From Octopus vulgaris (Eukaryota): a DNA stretch of 64,000 bases. The stretch covers positions 177,878,001 to 177,942,000 of the forward strand of contig OX597815.1 in NCBI GenBank assembly GCA_951406725.2, read 5' to 3'. Under the pieces are notes generated by a model. It made no database searches. It was not told where the DNA came from and saw only the letters and a program-made list of their open reading frames with translations. Positions 1 through 15,059 of this stretch are shown one piece after another. The first letter of the stretch is position 1; every line of letters starts with the position of its first letter. Position numbers and translations under genes: made by a program.

Positions 1-1234
1 CGGATCTTTTGTGTTTGGTCATCAACGCTTCACAAAACTACCGACCTAGTAAAATAGGACCAAAAAAATAGATATTCACTTTTCTTCAGTGTTTCAGCTG
101 TTGTCGTTTTGCTGTGCGACATGGATGAAGTATTTTAGTCAATTGTTTATATCAGCGGTTGCTTGTAACCTGGTACTTCATTCATCGATCCCCTAATTAT
201 GAAAGTGTTAAATGAAACAATTTTCAGGTAAAATTAACACACCCGAATTCATTTACATTTAACAACATCCTATATATAAATGCAAAGCACGCAGCCTACT
301 CACACATACACACATACACACATACACATGCACACACACATTGAGAAATAGAAAGAGAGGCTTACAAACACTAAATAGAACTCAAATCAGAAAGCGTTAA
401 CCAACCGGCGTCGAGGGTCATATTGCAGGACACTTCCTAAGTCGATACGCAATGGAAGCGAAACCGAAACGATACTGTTGCAAAGCGAATTTGGTAACCA
501 CTGGTGCTCATATAATATATATATATACGTTAGGACATGCGTTTATTGTGCATATAAGCGATGTCACTTTGTAATTCAACGTTCTAATTAGATATGATGC
601 GCATACCTATGAATAAATAACCTTCGCAGCTTTATGGCTTTTCATTTCTTCATATACTTGTCCATATCATTTCATGGGCTTTTATAATCGCGTTGTTTCA
701 CCAATTCACGTTGTTCATTGCAGCTACTTCACAAAATGGAAAGAACTTAGTCATTAACAAGCTTCATTGAAATTTGCATTTTTATTCATGGCATTGATCT
801 GGCAGGATTTTATTTAGGTTTTAATCTTCTGTTTTTACAGGAAGACGTCAGTTTCTAACATTTTCCATAAACAAATTAAATTTGTTTAATAAAAAGAAAA
901 TAAATTTGTTAACAGAATTAAAAAACTGATAGATTACAAGTATCTGTTTATATAATACGGTTCTTTATAGAATGAGGAACCAATCATTGAAATCATATTT
1001 TAGATTGACGCCGTTTCTGGTTTTTTTTTATATATTTGCTTTCATTTTTGAAAAGGAATAAAACATTTCTCCGCGTCAATGAGTTCATTTATTCGTAGCC
1101 ATAAATTGAGGCATTATCTGCTTTTCAAAGATGGACGAATTTATGATTCAATTCACGAGAGAAAAAAATTGGTAATGTGAACAAAAAAATGAAACACGCA
1201 CGCACACGAACGCACGCGCACACACCCACACACG

Positions 1235-1273
<39 letters not shown>

Positions 1274-1788
1274 CGAATGAAGTGCTTGTAACAATTTGGT
1301 TAAGACAGGTATTTCATGGCACTCACATTATTAATTCGAAATATTGATGAAAAAATATCTTTTTTTTTCATCACCATATTTATCATTTGATGAATAAGAA
1401 TAATTAATAACTGATATTGTGTTACCTCCAAGTTTAATCTCGTTAAGGATACAAACATGTGTGACTATATGCGTATATATGCGTATATATATATTTGTGT
1501 GTATGTTAGTGTGTGTGTGTGTGCGTCAGTGGATGGGTGTTACATACGGAATGAGTGTATATATCATAACTTCAAACATAATTCCTACAACCGAAATATA
1601 TTGCAATATTTTATTTGGGAATAAATATAAACATTTAAATTCTATTCAGTGTTCAATGATTTTACTTATACACACACACACACGCATACGCATATGCACG
1701 CACACGCACACAAACATATATATATGTATATGAGTATATATATTTATGAATATATGTATGTATACAAATGAGTATATAAATTAATGAA

Positions 1789-1830
<42 letters not shown>

Positions 1831-1991
1831 TGAATTGAAGAAATGGAGCTGAACGCAGATTGAACAGAAATCGTTTTATTTCATTCTACACGTGTTTCGA
1901 AAGGCACAAATTACCAAAATCCGATTGAATAATGGGACCATATTGTGTCTTTGATTAATCTACTACAAGATTATTCATCTTTCTATTTCAC

Positions 1992-2027
<36 letters not shown>

Positions 2028-4307
2028 AACATGTATATGTATATGATTATATATATTTATGAATGTATATATATATATATATATACCATTATGCATATAT
2101 CCCACGCGAAGAGGAATGCCTTCTTTTTCTGTGGAGGTCTTATATGCCCCTTTAATAGACTAATTTCCTTAGTCATTACACGGTGATCGTCAAAAGCTTT
2201 AAACTTGTATGAGAATGCAATTATTATTATTTACAGGATTGTAAAATACGGCGCAGTATAACAAAACCATTCGCACCGGAAGCATATATGAATGTGTTTA
2301 TACTGTATGTATGTGAGAGTAGGTATGTAAATATGCATATATATGTGTTTTGCATGTAAGAATATATGCATATATTTATACACTAATAAGTTTTCAAGTT
2401 TTCAGCGATCATTATCCCTTCTTAGAATAACATTACAAATGCTTTGCTTTTAAACTGTTAAAAGTTATAAAATACTTACCATAGGCATAAATTGAGTTCA
2501 GCCACTGCGAGATGCAAGAAGCTATTTTGAATACTGTGGGAAATGACCACAGAGCGTTTGCGGCATTAATTCTCTTTTTGAAAGCGATGTTTTAATGTGG
2601 TCACCATACGTAATATATTGCGTGAAGTTTGTGAGGATAATATCATCCACACTAATGGTTTAACCTGTTAAAAAGAAGCAAACGTGATCTAAAATGAAAA
2701 TTTATCTTAATGATCTCAAACTAAATGCAAAATGGAGGGATTCTGATGTTTGGCATTACGGTGACGATTCCAACAATGTTTTGGTATGAACGGATCTCAT
2801 CAGTGCAATTTATTGACAGGATGACTGAAAACGTTTGAGTGGGGAAAATTGTTTTCAACTCATAAATTATTAAATATAAATATATATTGAAACGTTCGTA
2901 GCATTAGTAGCAATCGTAGAAGTCGCGTAAGCATAAGTCAATCATTAATCGTACCTGGATGTCATTTCACTTTTACTTTTCCTTGTAGAGGATTTGAAAC
3001 TAAATCGCCAGGTAGATAAGTAAACATCAGAATTAAACCACAGTAGTTTCATATGAACGGCCGATTATGCGACTAATCAACGTGAGGCCGTTTTGTGAAT
3101 CAACTTCTGAGAACTTTCTCATTGTGCCCTATATGGAGGTTTTTGTTTTTTGTTTTTGCTTTTGGTGTTAATTGCAGAATGTTGGATCTTCCTTCTTAGC
3201 TACCACCAGCCGATGGGAGATAGCTGAGAGAAATATGCTCTCCATTAATTTAGCGTAATTATTTTGCAGTCGTGATGGACCAACATGCAGATTGTTTTAT
3301 CAAATACTTGTCGCAGATCCTGGTAGTATGTTTCCCTCGCTGTGTAATTGTCACTGTATTTATTAAAAACCAGCACAGAAAACATTATGAACAGTGATAT
3401 ATTCTGCTAATTGTTCACGAGTGTTGTTAGATATTTCTTGAAACATCCTTAGAACTACATTTCCATTTACCAGCTGCAATCACTGCTCGAGGCACAATCA
3501 AAGATGGGTGTGTATAAAATGGATTACTTTGAAACATTACTCATTCTAAACATCAAGAGCAGTTGCACAGCCACTGCATTTCTTTCTGTTACAAACATTG
3601 AAGCCCCTAAAAGTACCCAGAGATCACTTAGAATACAGCCGAAACAGTATTTAATTAACACTGAGTTTTACGTCTGTTTTTAATTAGATTTTAAAGAGAA
3701 AATAAATTTGCTTTTCGTTTAAATGCACATCACATTCACTTTAGTAGCCTATGAATAACACAATTCTTATTTCTGTGTTTAATAATGTCAATGATCTAAC
3801 TATCTCAAATCAAGTAATTTACTTCTCAAAGCGCTTTTTCATGTTACGGAAAAAGCAGTAAAATTCTCGATTCCAAGGAAACTCGTCACGGTCAGCGTCG
3901 TTGGTATTTAATCAATATATCAATTATTACAGGCGTTTGAAATATTGGCAGGCTGTGAGGAATGAATATGTGAACGTTTTATGCTTGCTCTGAAGCTGAA
4001 AGTGACGAATGGGGAGAGAGACAGAGACAGGGACAGACAGAGAATGGGACAGAGAGGGAGAGAAAGAGACGTGGTGGAAAATATGATGTTACTTTCGCAG
4101 CAAGCTAATAGATGAGGGAACTAATGTGAAAGCGTGAAGTAGGGCTGAGGCGGATGAGAAAAAGCGTGTTTGAAGGCGTCAAATATTTGTGTTTCTATAT
4201 GCACAAAAAGGAAGGGAGAGAGAATTATGGAAGTGTGGAAGATATCAAAACTGGGCAATTGAGACGATTGAATTCAAGTGGCGATTGGAGGGACTAAAAT
4301 CAATATT

Positions 4308-4357
<50 letters not shown>

Positions 4358-4379
4358 TGGACTGGAACAACCACAAGTC

Positions 4380-5280
<901 letters not shown>

Positions 5281-5456
5281 ATTATTAATAGATATATATA
5301 AATAAAAGAATTAAACAAATTGAAGAAAGGCTATTTTTGTATTCAGTTATTGGCAACGCCAGTGGATAGTGAAAGAATGAAAAACAAACATAAGTATTCT
5401 ACAATACGACATTCATAAATATAGAGAAACATAATCTAAATAAGGCTATTTTGGAA

Positions 5457-5580
5457 GTAAAGGTTGTTGCCAACATAACATGGCAGTCCTAGTTTAGGAC
5501 GAATGTTGCTGTAATTTATTCCCCAGAAGACATCGTATCAAGCTGGCTATACGACATGTTATGTTGGCAAAATTCTTTAC
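5457..5580. mobile_element. Internally deleted fold-back element, GTAAAG...CTTTAC family
   Basis: gtaaaggttgttgccaacataacatg / catgttatgttggcaaaattctttac inverted ends; the left arm resembles the arm of the 35926-36258 element. Confidence 0.65.
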
Positions 5581-5849
5581 CCCAAAGTACTGTTGCTGAA
5601 TATCTCTCGTTGTGAAATTTAAAAATAGTAATTTTCTAAGGCTTTTTTCGCAAGCAACTGTTGGTGACGTCAGGGGATAAGTGAACAATAAGAAATAAAC
5701 ATAAGTATTCAAAGTTGTGACAATTAGAAACAGAGATTTTAGGCCACGACAATTAGTTATCTATTTATTAAATATAGTAAAACTTTTAGAAAAAATGACC
5801 TGAATATATAATAAATGAACATATATTACAATTAAGAATATTGAAATCT

Positions 5850-6450
5850 CTGAATGTTTTTCGAATTTTATGGCAATATTTCATTGTAAAGCTCCCGTTA
5901 AAATTCAATAAAATTGATTTTAAAATAATTACGTAGTACATATTTTCAGGACAAAGATCAGATGTAGAATTACCAATATTGTACAGTGTTGCATAGCTAA
6001 TAGGGACTATTTTAAATCATAATCAATCTTCTTTCAAATCCCAAATGCACTCACTAAGCTGTGTAGAATTACTTTTTCTATATATATTCAAATATATGGG
6101 AATGATTATGAAATCTAGATATTGAAACTGCCGTAGATAAGCCAATGTAATTATACCTACGCTCCCCTGTTACCTTACACTGATAGACTATATTTTTCTT
6201 TAAACATTGATTTTCTAAAGGGTACAGAATATTATTTTTAGGATTACGCATGCATTTATTCACTTATATTTGGTAATTATAGTTAAAAGTATTTATACTA
6301 ATCCTCGTCTCACAATTAAGTGTTAAGGCAGAATTATTATTACCATTAATATTAAACATCGCTTCTTTATTGTATTATCAGAGGCGTAATTACATAGAGA
6401 ATTTAAACCTACTTCAGGAAGATTATCATCAGAGTTAATTTCACGATACA
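5850..6450 (-). mobile_element. Penelope-like element GIY-YIG endonuclease remnant
   Basis: YPLENQCLKKNIVYQCKVTGERRYNYIGLS...RFHNH, then frameshifted KSNSTQLSECIWDLKE...DLCPENMYYVI with stops. Confidence 0.85.
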
Positions 6451-6479
6451 CGTTATCTCTCTCTTTCTCTCTCTCTCTT

Positions 6480-6598
<119 letters not shown>

Positions 6599-6884
6599 TT
6601 CTGTGTGAGTTAGATGTTGAGAAACCAACTAAGGGATAGTATCTTGCACCTTCTGACAATCTGCGCATTTGCTCATGTACTCATTCAATAACCTGTTCCT
6701 ATATGATTATATGCTTCCACACCCTTGCCCTTGCAGTTACCAACTCTTTATATTTGATATGTTGTACTACGAATAAATGTGTTTGTATTCATCTAATACA
6801 TTCTAATACATTGGAATAAATAGACATACTGGAATGTTTACCGGCTAATGTCTGTCCATTTTGTATCCGCTCCACTTTCTTATA

Positions 6885-6923
<39 letters not shown>

Positions 6924-6971
6924 AAGGATGGTGAAATGAAAGGTATACATACATACATGCAAATATATATA

Positions 6972-7039
<68 letters not shown>

Positions 7040-7042
<3 letters not shown>

Positions 7043-7505
7043 GTGGTGAGATCAAGGGAAACTCGTTTCCTAGAGAACCACAATCTCCTAAATTCAAACC
7101 AGCATGGCTTTCGCTGCGGCAGGGAATGTCTAACACAGCTCTTGCACTACATGGATGATTGCCTTAAAGCCTTGGGATCGGGTTCGAACGCCGATGTCAT
7201 ATATCTTGACTCCAGTAAAGCGTTGGATGGAGTCGACCATAATATCTTACTGTCAAAATTGTCAAATGTTGGAATCTGTGGAAAACTACTACGCTGGATT
7301 GGGTATTTCCTGGAGAATAGAGCACAACATGTTGTGATCGTTGGAATCCATTCAAGCCCACCAAAATTCACCAGTGGTCTCCCTTGGGTAAATCTATTGG
7401 GCCCGCTTCCCTTTATAGTCTATATAAACGACATTTTAAACGTCATAAACCACCACAAAGTGAAGATATTTGCCAATGCCCCAAAGCTCCAGAAAATTAT
7501 CAAGT
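7040..7505 (+). mobile_element. CR1/L2-group LINE reverse transcriptase fragment (inactive)
   Basis: [52 protein letters not shown]; catalytic (Y/F)ADD degenerated to FANA. Confidence 0.9.
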
Positions 7506-7559
7506 GGGGAAAAAGATCTGTACAGGAAACTCATATATACACCATTCTGCTTAAATAAT

Positions 7560-7791
7560 GGGACTGCAGATACAATATCCTTACGTATCTCACGTCTGTT
7601 TTCATTCCTCCACTTCACTCTGTATTTCATACCTTCTCTGCTACGCTGTAATAACTATTATTTAAACATTTTCTCGCACTGTCTCTGATGAAGGGATATG
7701 TAAAGTATCTCGGAAACAGTTGTAAGACATTCTCTTTATAAATGTTCTGAAAACTATTCGCAACCTTGGATTTTTTTCTCATTCTGTTAAT

Positions 7792-7797
<6 letters not shown>
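7560..7797 (+). mobile_element. Probable solo PLE pseudo-LTR carrying a hammerhead
   Basis: Non-coding segment ending at (TA)n that contains the HHR motif at 7680-7729; PLE origin is inferred from the HHR type. Confidence 0.5.
7680..7729 (+). ncRNA. Minimal type I hammerhead ribozyme motif
   Basis: TGTCT-CTGATGA-A-GGGATA-tgtaaag-TATCTC-G-GAAA-CAGTTG-TA-AGACA: 5-bp stem I, intact core, GUA triplet, A.G mismatch at the base of stem II. Confidence 0.75.
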
Positions 7798-7864
<67 letters not shown>

Positions 7865-8439
7865 ACCTACGTTGGACTCCTCATTCGTATCATTATCGAA
7901 CCCGGAGCTTAACACTGTCCATAGCACTTACTCAGCATTCTCTGACACTTTTGATTATATATACATATATATATATGTATATTTCTTTTTATCTTTTTTT
8001 TACCTGATTCAGTTGTTAGATTGCGACCATACTAGGACACTGCCATTGAAGAATTTTATTCGAACGAATCGACATCACTACATATTCTTAAATTTATGCC
8101 GACGTAAAACACACCAGCACCGGTTGTCAAGCGGTCGGGAGACAAACACAGACACAGATACGCAGATACACACATATATACACATATATATACGTGAATG
8201 AATGCGCGCGCGCGACCGTGCGTAGGTGTGTGTGTGTGTGTGTAGTTGTCTTCCTCTGTTGACCGAGAAAGTTCTTGTAAGATTTAATTAAAATGTCACT
8301 AAAGAAATTTTCTTTTAACTCTTGATTCATGGATTTCCGTCAATCTTTAAATATACGTTTCATTATAGAATAGAAATACAATAGCTTTACTTATAAAAAA
8401 CAAACAAAAAACGATGTTTATGCTAACATATATATATAC

Positions 8440-8496
<57 letters not shown>

Positions 8497-10979
8497 TGTA
8501 TAAATATATATATATATATTCATGTAAACAGTACACTATGCGTTAATTGCAAAGTAAACATATCTAGTAATGTGACAATCTATTTATTAAAGCTATGAAA
8601 TATTTCTTCATGTGATAGTCACACGTTTTTCCTTTCAAACAGTTTAATGTTCTGATGTTACAAATCCATTTATAAATTATCCTCTTCTTTTAATTTCAAT
8701 CAATATCTGGAGTGTGTAACTTTTGATTCTGTAGGAGGCCAGTTTGATCACATCAATTATAGGTTGTTTGGCTCCATAAAAAGACAAAAAAACAAATAAT
8801 TACAATGGTTATTAATAGAGGTCAGACTTCTGTAATACTAGATGGCACTTGAAGTTAGTCAGCAGTTTCAGCGTTCCGGACCGGAAGTCAAGTTTCTCTA
8901 TCAACCGCTGTCGCCCACAGTGTTGTTCAAGCGGAGACTGGCAGTCCATTTTAAATGGCGTGGGAGAAAATCGATTGCAAAGTAATATGTGACGACTTAA
9001 TTTGAAAGAGGACACAACATTGTTTTAAATTATTGCTGCGTCGAGCACGTTCAGGAAATGAATACGACAGGGTGTTTTCGAATGAAGGACATTTGCACTA
9101 ATTTTAGCTCCGTCACTTTATCAAATACACGCGGAAAACGAAGAAAATATTGAGGCTTAGTTGTATAAGATATGGAAAATACGTGTATCGGTTTACTGAA
9201 AACGTTTGCAAGGCTTATCATAAACAACGTTTCAGCTTTATAGAAATAAAGCGAATATGCGAAACTCTAGTAAAAAGAAATAAATTTAATCATTTAATAT
9301 TATTTTTAGGCAAACAATTTTCATTTTTCTTCAATGTCGTGTCACAATAATATTTCAGTTTCAAATAAGAATTACAACATCCGTTCAAAATTATATATTT
9401 CATTGTCACGAAGAAATTATTTATTCTGCGGACAGAAGTGTTAACATTTGTTTTTCTTTATTTTGTCATTAATCCATATTTAAGACAGCCAGGTGGATAA
9501 AAATAGAATCTCATTCTGATATTTTCTCAACTATTCAACTGTAAACAAGAAAGTGGTGATGGTTTCTATCATAACTCAAATGGCTGTAAAGGGCTGTTGA
9601 AATATGTGTGGTTATGCAATGCGTTCTATGTATGTAAAATAGAAATAACAAACTGATGGTAATAGTTTTTTCTCGTAAACTTAACGGATATTGTAATAAC
9701 ATGGTGGCCGGTGATCATATAATGTTAAGAAGAATATGATAGAAATTGTGGATAAAATGAAGAAATACAGGACAAACTTGTGTTTTCAAATGATAAATTT
9801 CGCGAAAACTAATAATATTGTCAGATGATTTTTATACCAATGGAAATACACAACAGATGCATTCTATTTCTGTGAGTTAATTAATCCTTACTGATCTTCT
9901 ACAGATATGAATAACAACATTATCGAACAACATCGAACGGCGATATAGAAAGAAACAAAACAAAAAAGAAACTAAACGCTATTTTTCTTTACATCTCTCA
10001 TCTCAACCTGGTAATACAAAAAAAGGGGGAATCGGTGAGGCAGCCAAATACCCTAGAATCATGTTGCCTTAAAAAAGGAACGGAAAATGGCGCGATATTG
10101 TCATGGAGAGTGTGTGAACGCTGGAATACCTTTGATCCTATAGTTACTGAACCATAGCTAAAAACAGAATACAGAATCGTGGTGACAACATAAAACTTAC
10201 ATTTTCTTCGTTTTCGCAGATGTAATTATCTCACTCCTTATAAACAAGTCATTTCTCCTGCTCTTTTTACAAACTTCATTGAAAATGTGTTCTGAAATAT
10301 GGCGTCTATGCGTTTGTAGACAGAATTTGCTTTTCAAGTCATACTTTTCTCTCAAGTGAATATCAGTTATAAAAACATCAGTAATACTAGACCAAAGTCA
10401 CCATTCCCTATTCTTTAAACTCAATCTCATCAGTATCGGTTATGCTTATTGCGAACACACTTGAAGCAAACAACCAGCCGGCTCAGATAAGGCACCTTAC
10501 CGTTATTTGCAAGCACTGCATGACATAATTTGTCTCTTGCTGCATTTACAAGAATATTTTCCTTGCTTGAAGGAAATGTATGTGCCTGATATTGCGGAGT
10601 TAGGAAGACAAATGTAACTATCACAGGGAATCAATGTAGATTCCCTGAGAGATTTGGCGATGAAAACAGCAAGAATATTTCAAAACGGTCTGCAGAAATT
10701 TACAACAGATGTCCCTCCTCTTATAATAAGCTAATGGCGATATGGAGAGGTTTATAACTCTGTGAACGGTTGTCGATGATGATGATGATGGCGACTATGA
10801 TGATAAAGAAAGTGATGATCATAATAATCATGTTCACCAATGTTTCACGACCAGGGTTCATATGGCCTTTGCAGCTCCATAGAAGATTTTGTGTTGAAAA
10901 TTATGGGCAAATCAATGCTGATATTTCTATAATACAGAAAATGCTTTAACAATTTTTAGTACAATACAGGAGTGTCTGT

Positions 10980-11171
10980 AGGTGCAAGCATGGCTGTGAA
11001 GTAAGAAGCTTGCTTACCACCAAATGGTTCCAGGTTCAGTCTCACTGCATAGCACCTTGGGCAACTGTCTTCTACTATATCTTTGGATCGACCAAAGCCT
11101 TGTGAGTGGATTTGGTAGACGGAAACTGAAATAAGCACGTCATATATATATGTGTGTGTGTGTGTGTGTGC

Positions 11172-11229
<58 letters not shown>

Positions 11230-11452
11230 ATGTGTGTATGGCTGTGTGAGTGTGTCCAGGTCTGTGTGTCCGCCATCGCCTGAAAGCAATGTTGGTGTGT
11301 TTACGTACTTGTAACTTAGCGGTTCGGCAAAAGGAGACCGATAGAATAAGTATTAGGCTTACAAAGAATAATCCTGGACTCCATCTGTTCGACTAAAGGC
11401 GGTGCTCCAGCATGGTCGCAGTCAAAGGACTGAAACAAGTTAAAGAATAAAA
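10980..11452 (+). mobile_element. tRNA-derived SINE family B (CORE-like motif, internal (TG)n)
   Basis: A/B-box-like head tggctgtg...ggttcagtct, ccttgggcaa motif, internal microsatellite, A-rich tail; several copies in the window. Confidence 0.85.
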
Positions 11453-11494
11453 TGATACCTAATAATGTTTAATCATAAAGATATTATAGGAATT

Positions 11495-11893
11495 TATTCT
11501 GTTTTACTCTAGGCACAAGGCCAAAATTTTGGGGAAGGGGCAAGTGAATTATCTCGACCCCAGTATGCAACTGGTACTTAATTTATCGACCCCCGAAAGG
11601 ACGAAAAGCGAAGTCGACCTCGGCGGAATTTGAACTCAGAACATAAGAAAGATGAAATACCTATTTCTTTACTACCCACAAGGGGCTAAACACAGAGGGG
11701 ACAAGCGAGGACAGACAAACGGATTAAATCGATTACATCGACCCTAGTGCGTAACTGGAACTTATTTTATCGATCCCGGCATTGTGAAAGGCAAAGACGA
11801 CCTCGGCGGAATTTGAACTCAGAACGTAACGGCAGACGAAATACGGCTACGAATTTCGCCCGGCGTGCTAACGTTTCTGCCAGCTCGCCGCCT
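11495..11893 (-). mobile_element. tRNA-derived SINE family A, two units in tandem
   Basis: Head ggcggcgagctggcag, B-box gagttcaaattcc, central domain; second unit lacks the head. Confidence 0.9.
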
Positions 11894-14286
11894 TATACTA
11901 GGAGTTTATAAACATCGATTTGCTATGAGGATCCACCCGAGGAAAATAGCTATGGAAGAGATCCGTAGGCAAACGTTGGTTGAAAACCACATTTACACGA
12001 ATCGTTGAGAGCAAATGGTTGTATACAAAGTCTTTAGGTAGAGACGGAACTGAGTGAAGAATATCGAAGACTGCTTCCAAGAAAGGGTTAAGGATTCACT
12101 TCAAGTTACCATTGCTTCGCTTCGTTCCAAGTCTAAATACATGAGATGTTTCCCTTTAAAAGCAGATATAGTATTGATAAATAATTTTGTCCCATTAGAT
12201 CTAATTAATTAGCAAAAATGAACTAGCCTGTTGGGAAATTCAATGTACCTATTCACACATATACGGACACAAACTACCATACGGACACATACACACACAC
12301 AGACACACACACAGACACAAATCTGCATGTACATCCATATGCAAAGACACACACATATCTGTTTATGTGTGTGTGCGTGTTTGTGGTGTGTTTAGGGTGT
12401 GTAAGGGGGAATGAGGTTGTGTATATATGCATATGTATATGCATATATATATATACATATGTATATAAATGTATATATATATATATAATTTTATATAATT
12501 ATATTTCCGTATATAATACACAATCGTATAAGACGCAGTATATTTTATAGCAAATTATTCCGTGTTTCACTAATTGAATAATAACTTTTGATATGAGAAG
12601 CCAACCACTATTTTAAAAAGATGCAGCATTTGTGATATTCAAATATGTTTTGTTCGTGATCTATCGAAGTCAACCGCTCAGTGGAAAGATTATTTTCTAT
12701 GTGGTTATCAACCATTATTCTCTATATTAGGGCACATTATAATAACAAATATAAGTGAGAATTTAATTTCTTTGGTTTTGAAAATGAATGTGATTTCACT
12801 TGGTACGTTAATTTACAGTCAAAGAGGGAAAAATGAATACTTTCAGGCAAGTCAATTGGTTCCTGCCCTCTGTCTAAAAATGTTAGTCATTTTCAGTTTA
12901 TTCCACCGTGTAAGATTTAATCCCCGATGAGGTAAGATATAATCAATCTATGAATATGCTAATGCTACAAAGATCACAAGTCCGTGCAGAGCAGATGAAG
13001 GTAATAGGTGCACATACCTTTTGATATACGATGCGATGCCACTTTAATGTTTCGGATATATGTATATATATATATGTATGTGTGTGTATGCATACACATA
13101 TGAATATGTACATATATACATATATATCTGCGTATATATATAAATATATATGCATAAATATGTGTGTGTGTGTGTGTATATATACACATAGAAAAATACA
13201 TACATATATATATACACATAGAAACATACATACCTACATACATACGTACATGCCAGTATGCCATTAACGATGTTCATAGAATGTCATTATATAACTATAT
13301 TAATATCCAATAACACTACATCACCCTGCTAATGATCTTCTGTCACTAAGCATACTGCATTTTCACTCAGGCAAATATCTTTATATTTTACTTCACACAA
13401 CTGAAATTTTGCCAGGCAACAAAGTTCCCAATAAAATCAAACCTAATTGCCTTAAACATAATTCTTTATTTGATATTGAAATTTAGAATCTAACTTATGA
13501 ATAATTTATCCGGTGACTTCGAAGCAATGATTAATTGGATTTTAACCACATATCTTTATTTCGGAAAATGTTTTCTCTCTTCTTGATTATTTTAGAGAGT
13601 TGCTGATAAATTATGACTTCTCTGTCCTCTCCGTTTTGTTTTTTGAAATCGTTTCAATGTAAGGCTAACTATTCACGAATAAAGTCATTCATTCATAAGT
13701 TAATACGATTTTTAACGATTAATTTCAATACTCTTGACATATTTAGATATTTAATTATGCAACTTGGACAGATTCTCCGAACTGATTTGAACATATATTC
13801 AAAAAGTGGTACTTGTAATACTTAGATTGATTTTTCGATATTCACCAGTCAAAGTGGTTACTTAACGCTGTATTGTATATACACAGACACAAACACACAA
13901 AGCAACACGCCTCATCTTATGTACACACACACACACACGCACACACGCGCGCACATACACAGACATACACTCATATACACACATACCAGTAAAGATCAGT
14001 ATACGCACATATATGCTAGCGACCAAATCAATCAATGTTTTAAGCAATAAATCACAAAAAAGTAATTGATCAATCTATCTTCATCTCAATTTATCTCTGA
14101 ATCTCTCTTTCTCTCTGACACACACACACACACACACTTTCTCACTCTCTTTCTCTCCCTCTCTACCCCTTTCTTTTCTTTCTCTGTCTCACTCTCACTT
14201 TCTCTCTCTCTCTCTCACACACAAACAAACACACAGCCGCCTCTCCACTTCGATACAAAATGATTTCAATACCATCACACATGCAA

Positions 14287-14412
14287 AGGTGGCGACTTGG
14301 CAGAAGAGTTAGCACGACAGGCAAAAATTCTTAGCAGCATTTCTCACGTTCTTAGTTCAAATTCCAATCAAGTCGACTTGCCCTTTTATCTCTTTTTGGA
14401 TTCGAGAAAATA
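14287..14412 (+). mobile_element. Degenerate SINE family A 5' fragment
   Basis: ggtggcgacttggcagaagagttagcacg...agttcaaattcc. Confidence 0.7.
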
Positions 14413-14500
14413 AGCTCTGCACTAGGCTCGATACAATGCACTTACCCTTTCCTCTGAACTTGCAGGCGTTGTGCGAACGTTTAAATCACGTGCGAATACA

Positions 14501-14556
<56 letters not shown>

Positions 14557-14560
<4 letters not shown>

Positions 14561-15007
14561 GGCAGTTTGTCTGTCTGTGTGTCTGTGTGTGTGTCAGGTT
14601 GTACCCTCACCCTGACCACGGCTTTCAACCAATTCTGATGAAACTTGACACACACATAGCCCAATGTCATAATTCAAAACTAACGCAGCGAAAATTTTGA
14701 AAAGTTCCCCCAGTTCTGAAAAAATCGATAAATTCGACATGGGGTCGAGAATCTAAGCTTTTTATATGCAACACATTTTCTGGGCTGTACATGGGCTGTT
14801 CATGCGTTGGGAGGTGCAATGATGTTTTCATGTTTTCGCCCAAAGGGACAGCTAAGAACGTCGTATACACAGAAGTATTCGAGTGAAGAGAAGACATTGC
14901 AACCTACACATGCGCCTTCGTTCCCTAGAGGGAAAGGACTAGATTGGGATTAGTCGTTGCCTTCTAGGGGCTCTTACATACCCGGGCAACGCCGGGCTAT
15001 GCTGCTA

Positions 15008-15008
<1 letters not shown>
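14557..15008 (+). mobile_element. Non-autonomous Helitron retaining the helicase C-terminus
   Basis: 3' hairpin cccgggcaacgccggg (14981-14996), then CTAG|T; 14776-14886 encodes FSGLYMGCSCVG...TAKNVVYTEVFE*; 5' end obscured by (TA)n. Confidence 0.88.

Positions 15009-15053
<45 letters not shown>

Positions 15054-15059
<6 letters not shown>

Noticed and set aside
841-846. Possible 6-nt micro-exon ttttacag|GAAGAC|gtcagt
   Set aside because: Too short to distinguish from chance without RNA data
10621-10650. Hairpin tcacagggaatc/gattccctgaga
   Set aside because: Stem of only 12 bp; too short for a pre-miRNA and no other support
12922-12965. HHR-like ccCCGATGAG...GAAT
   Set aside because: Core mutated in both strands and stems do not pair convincingly
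14448-14500. Strong minus-strand donor AG|GTAAGT
   Set aside because: No acceptor found; the upstream sequence is (TA)n and Helitron
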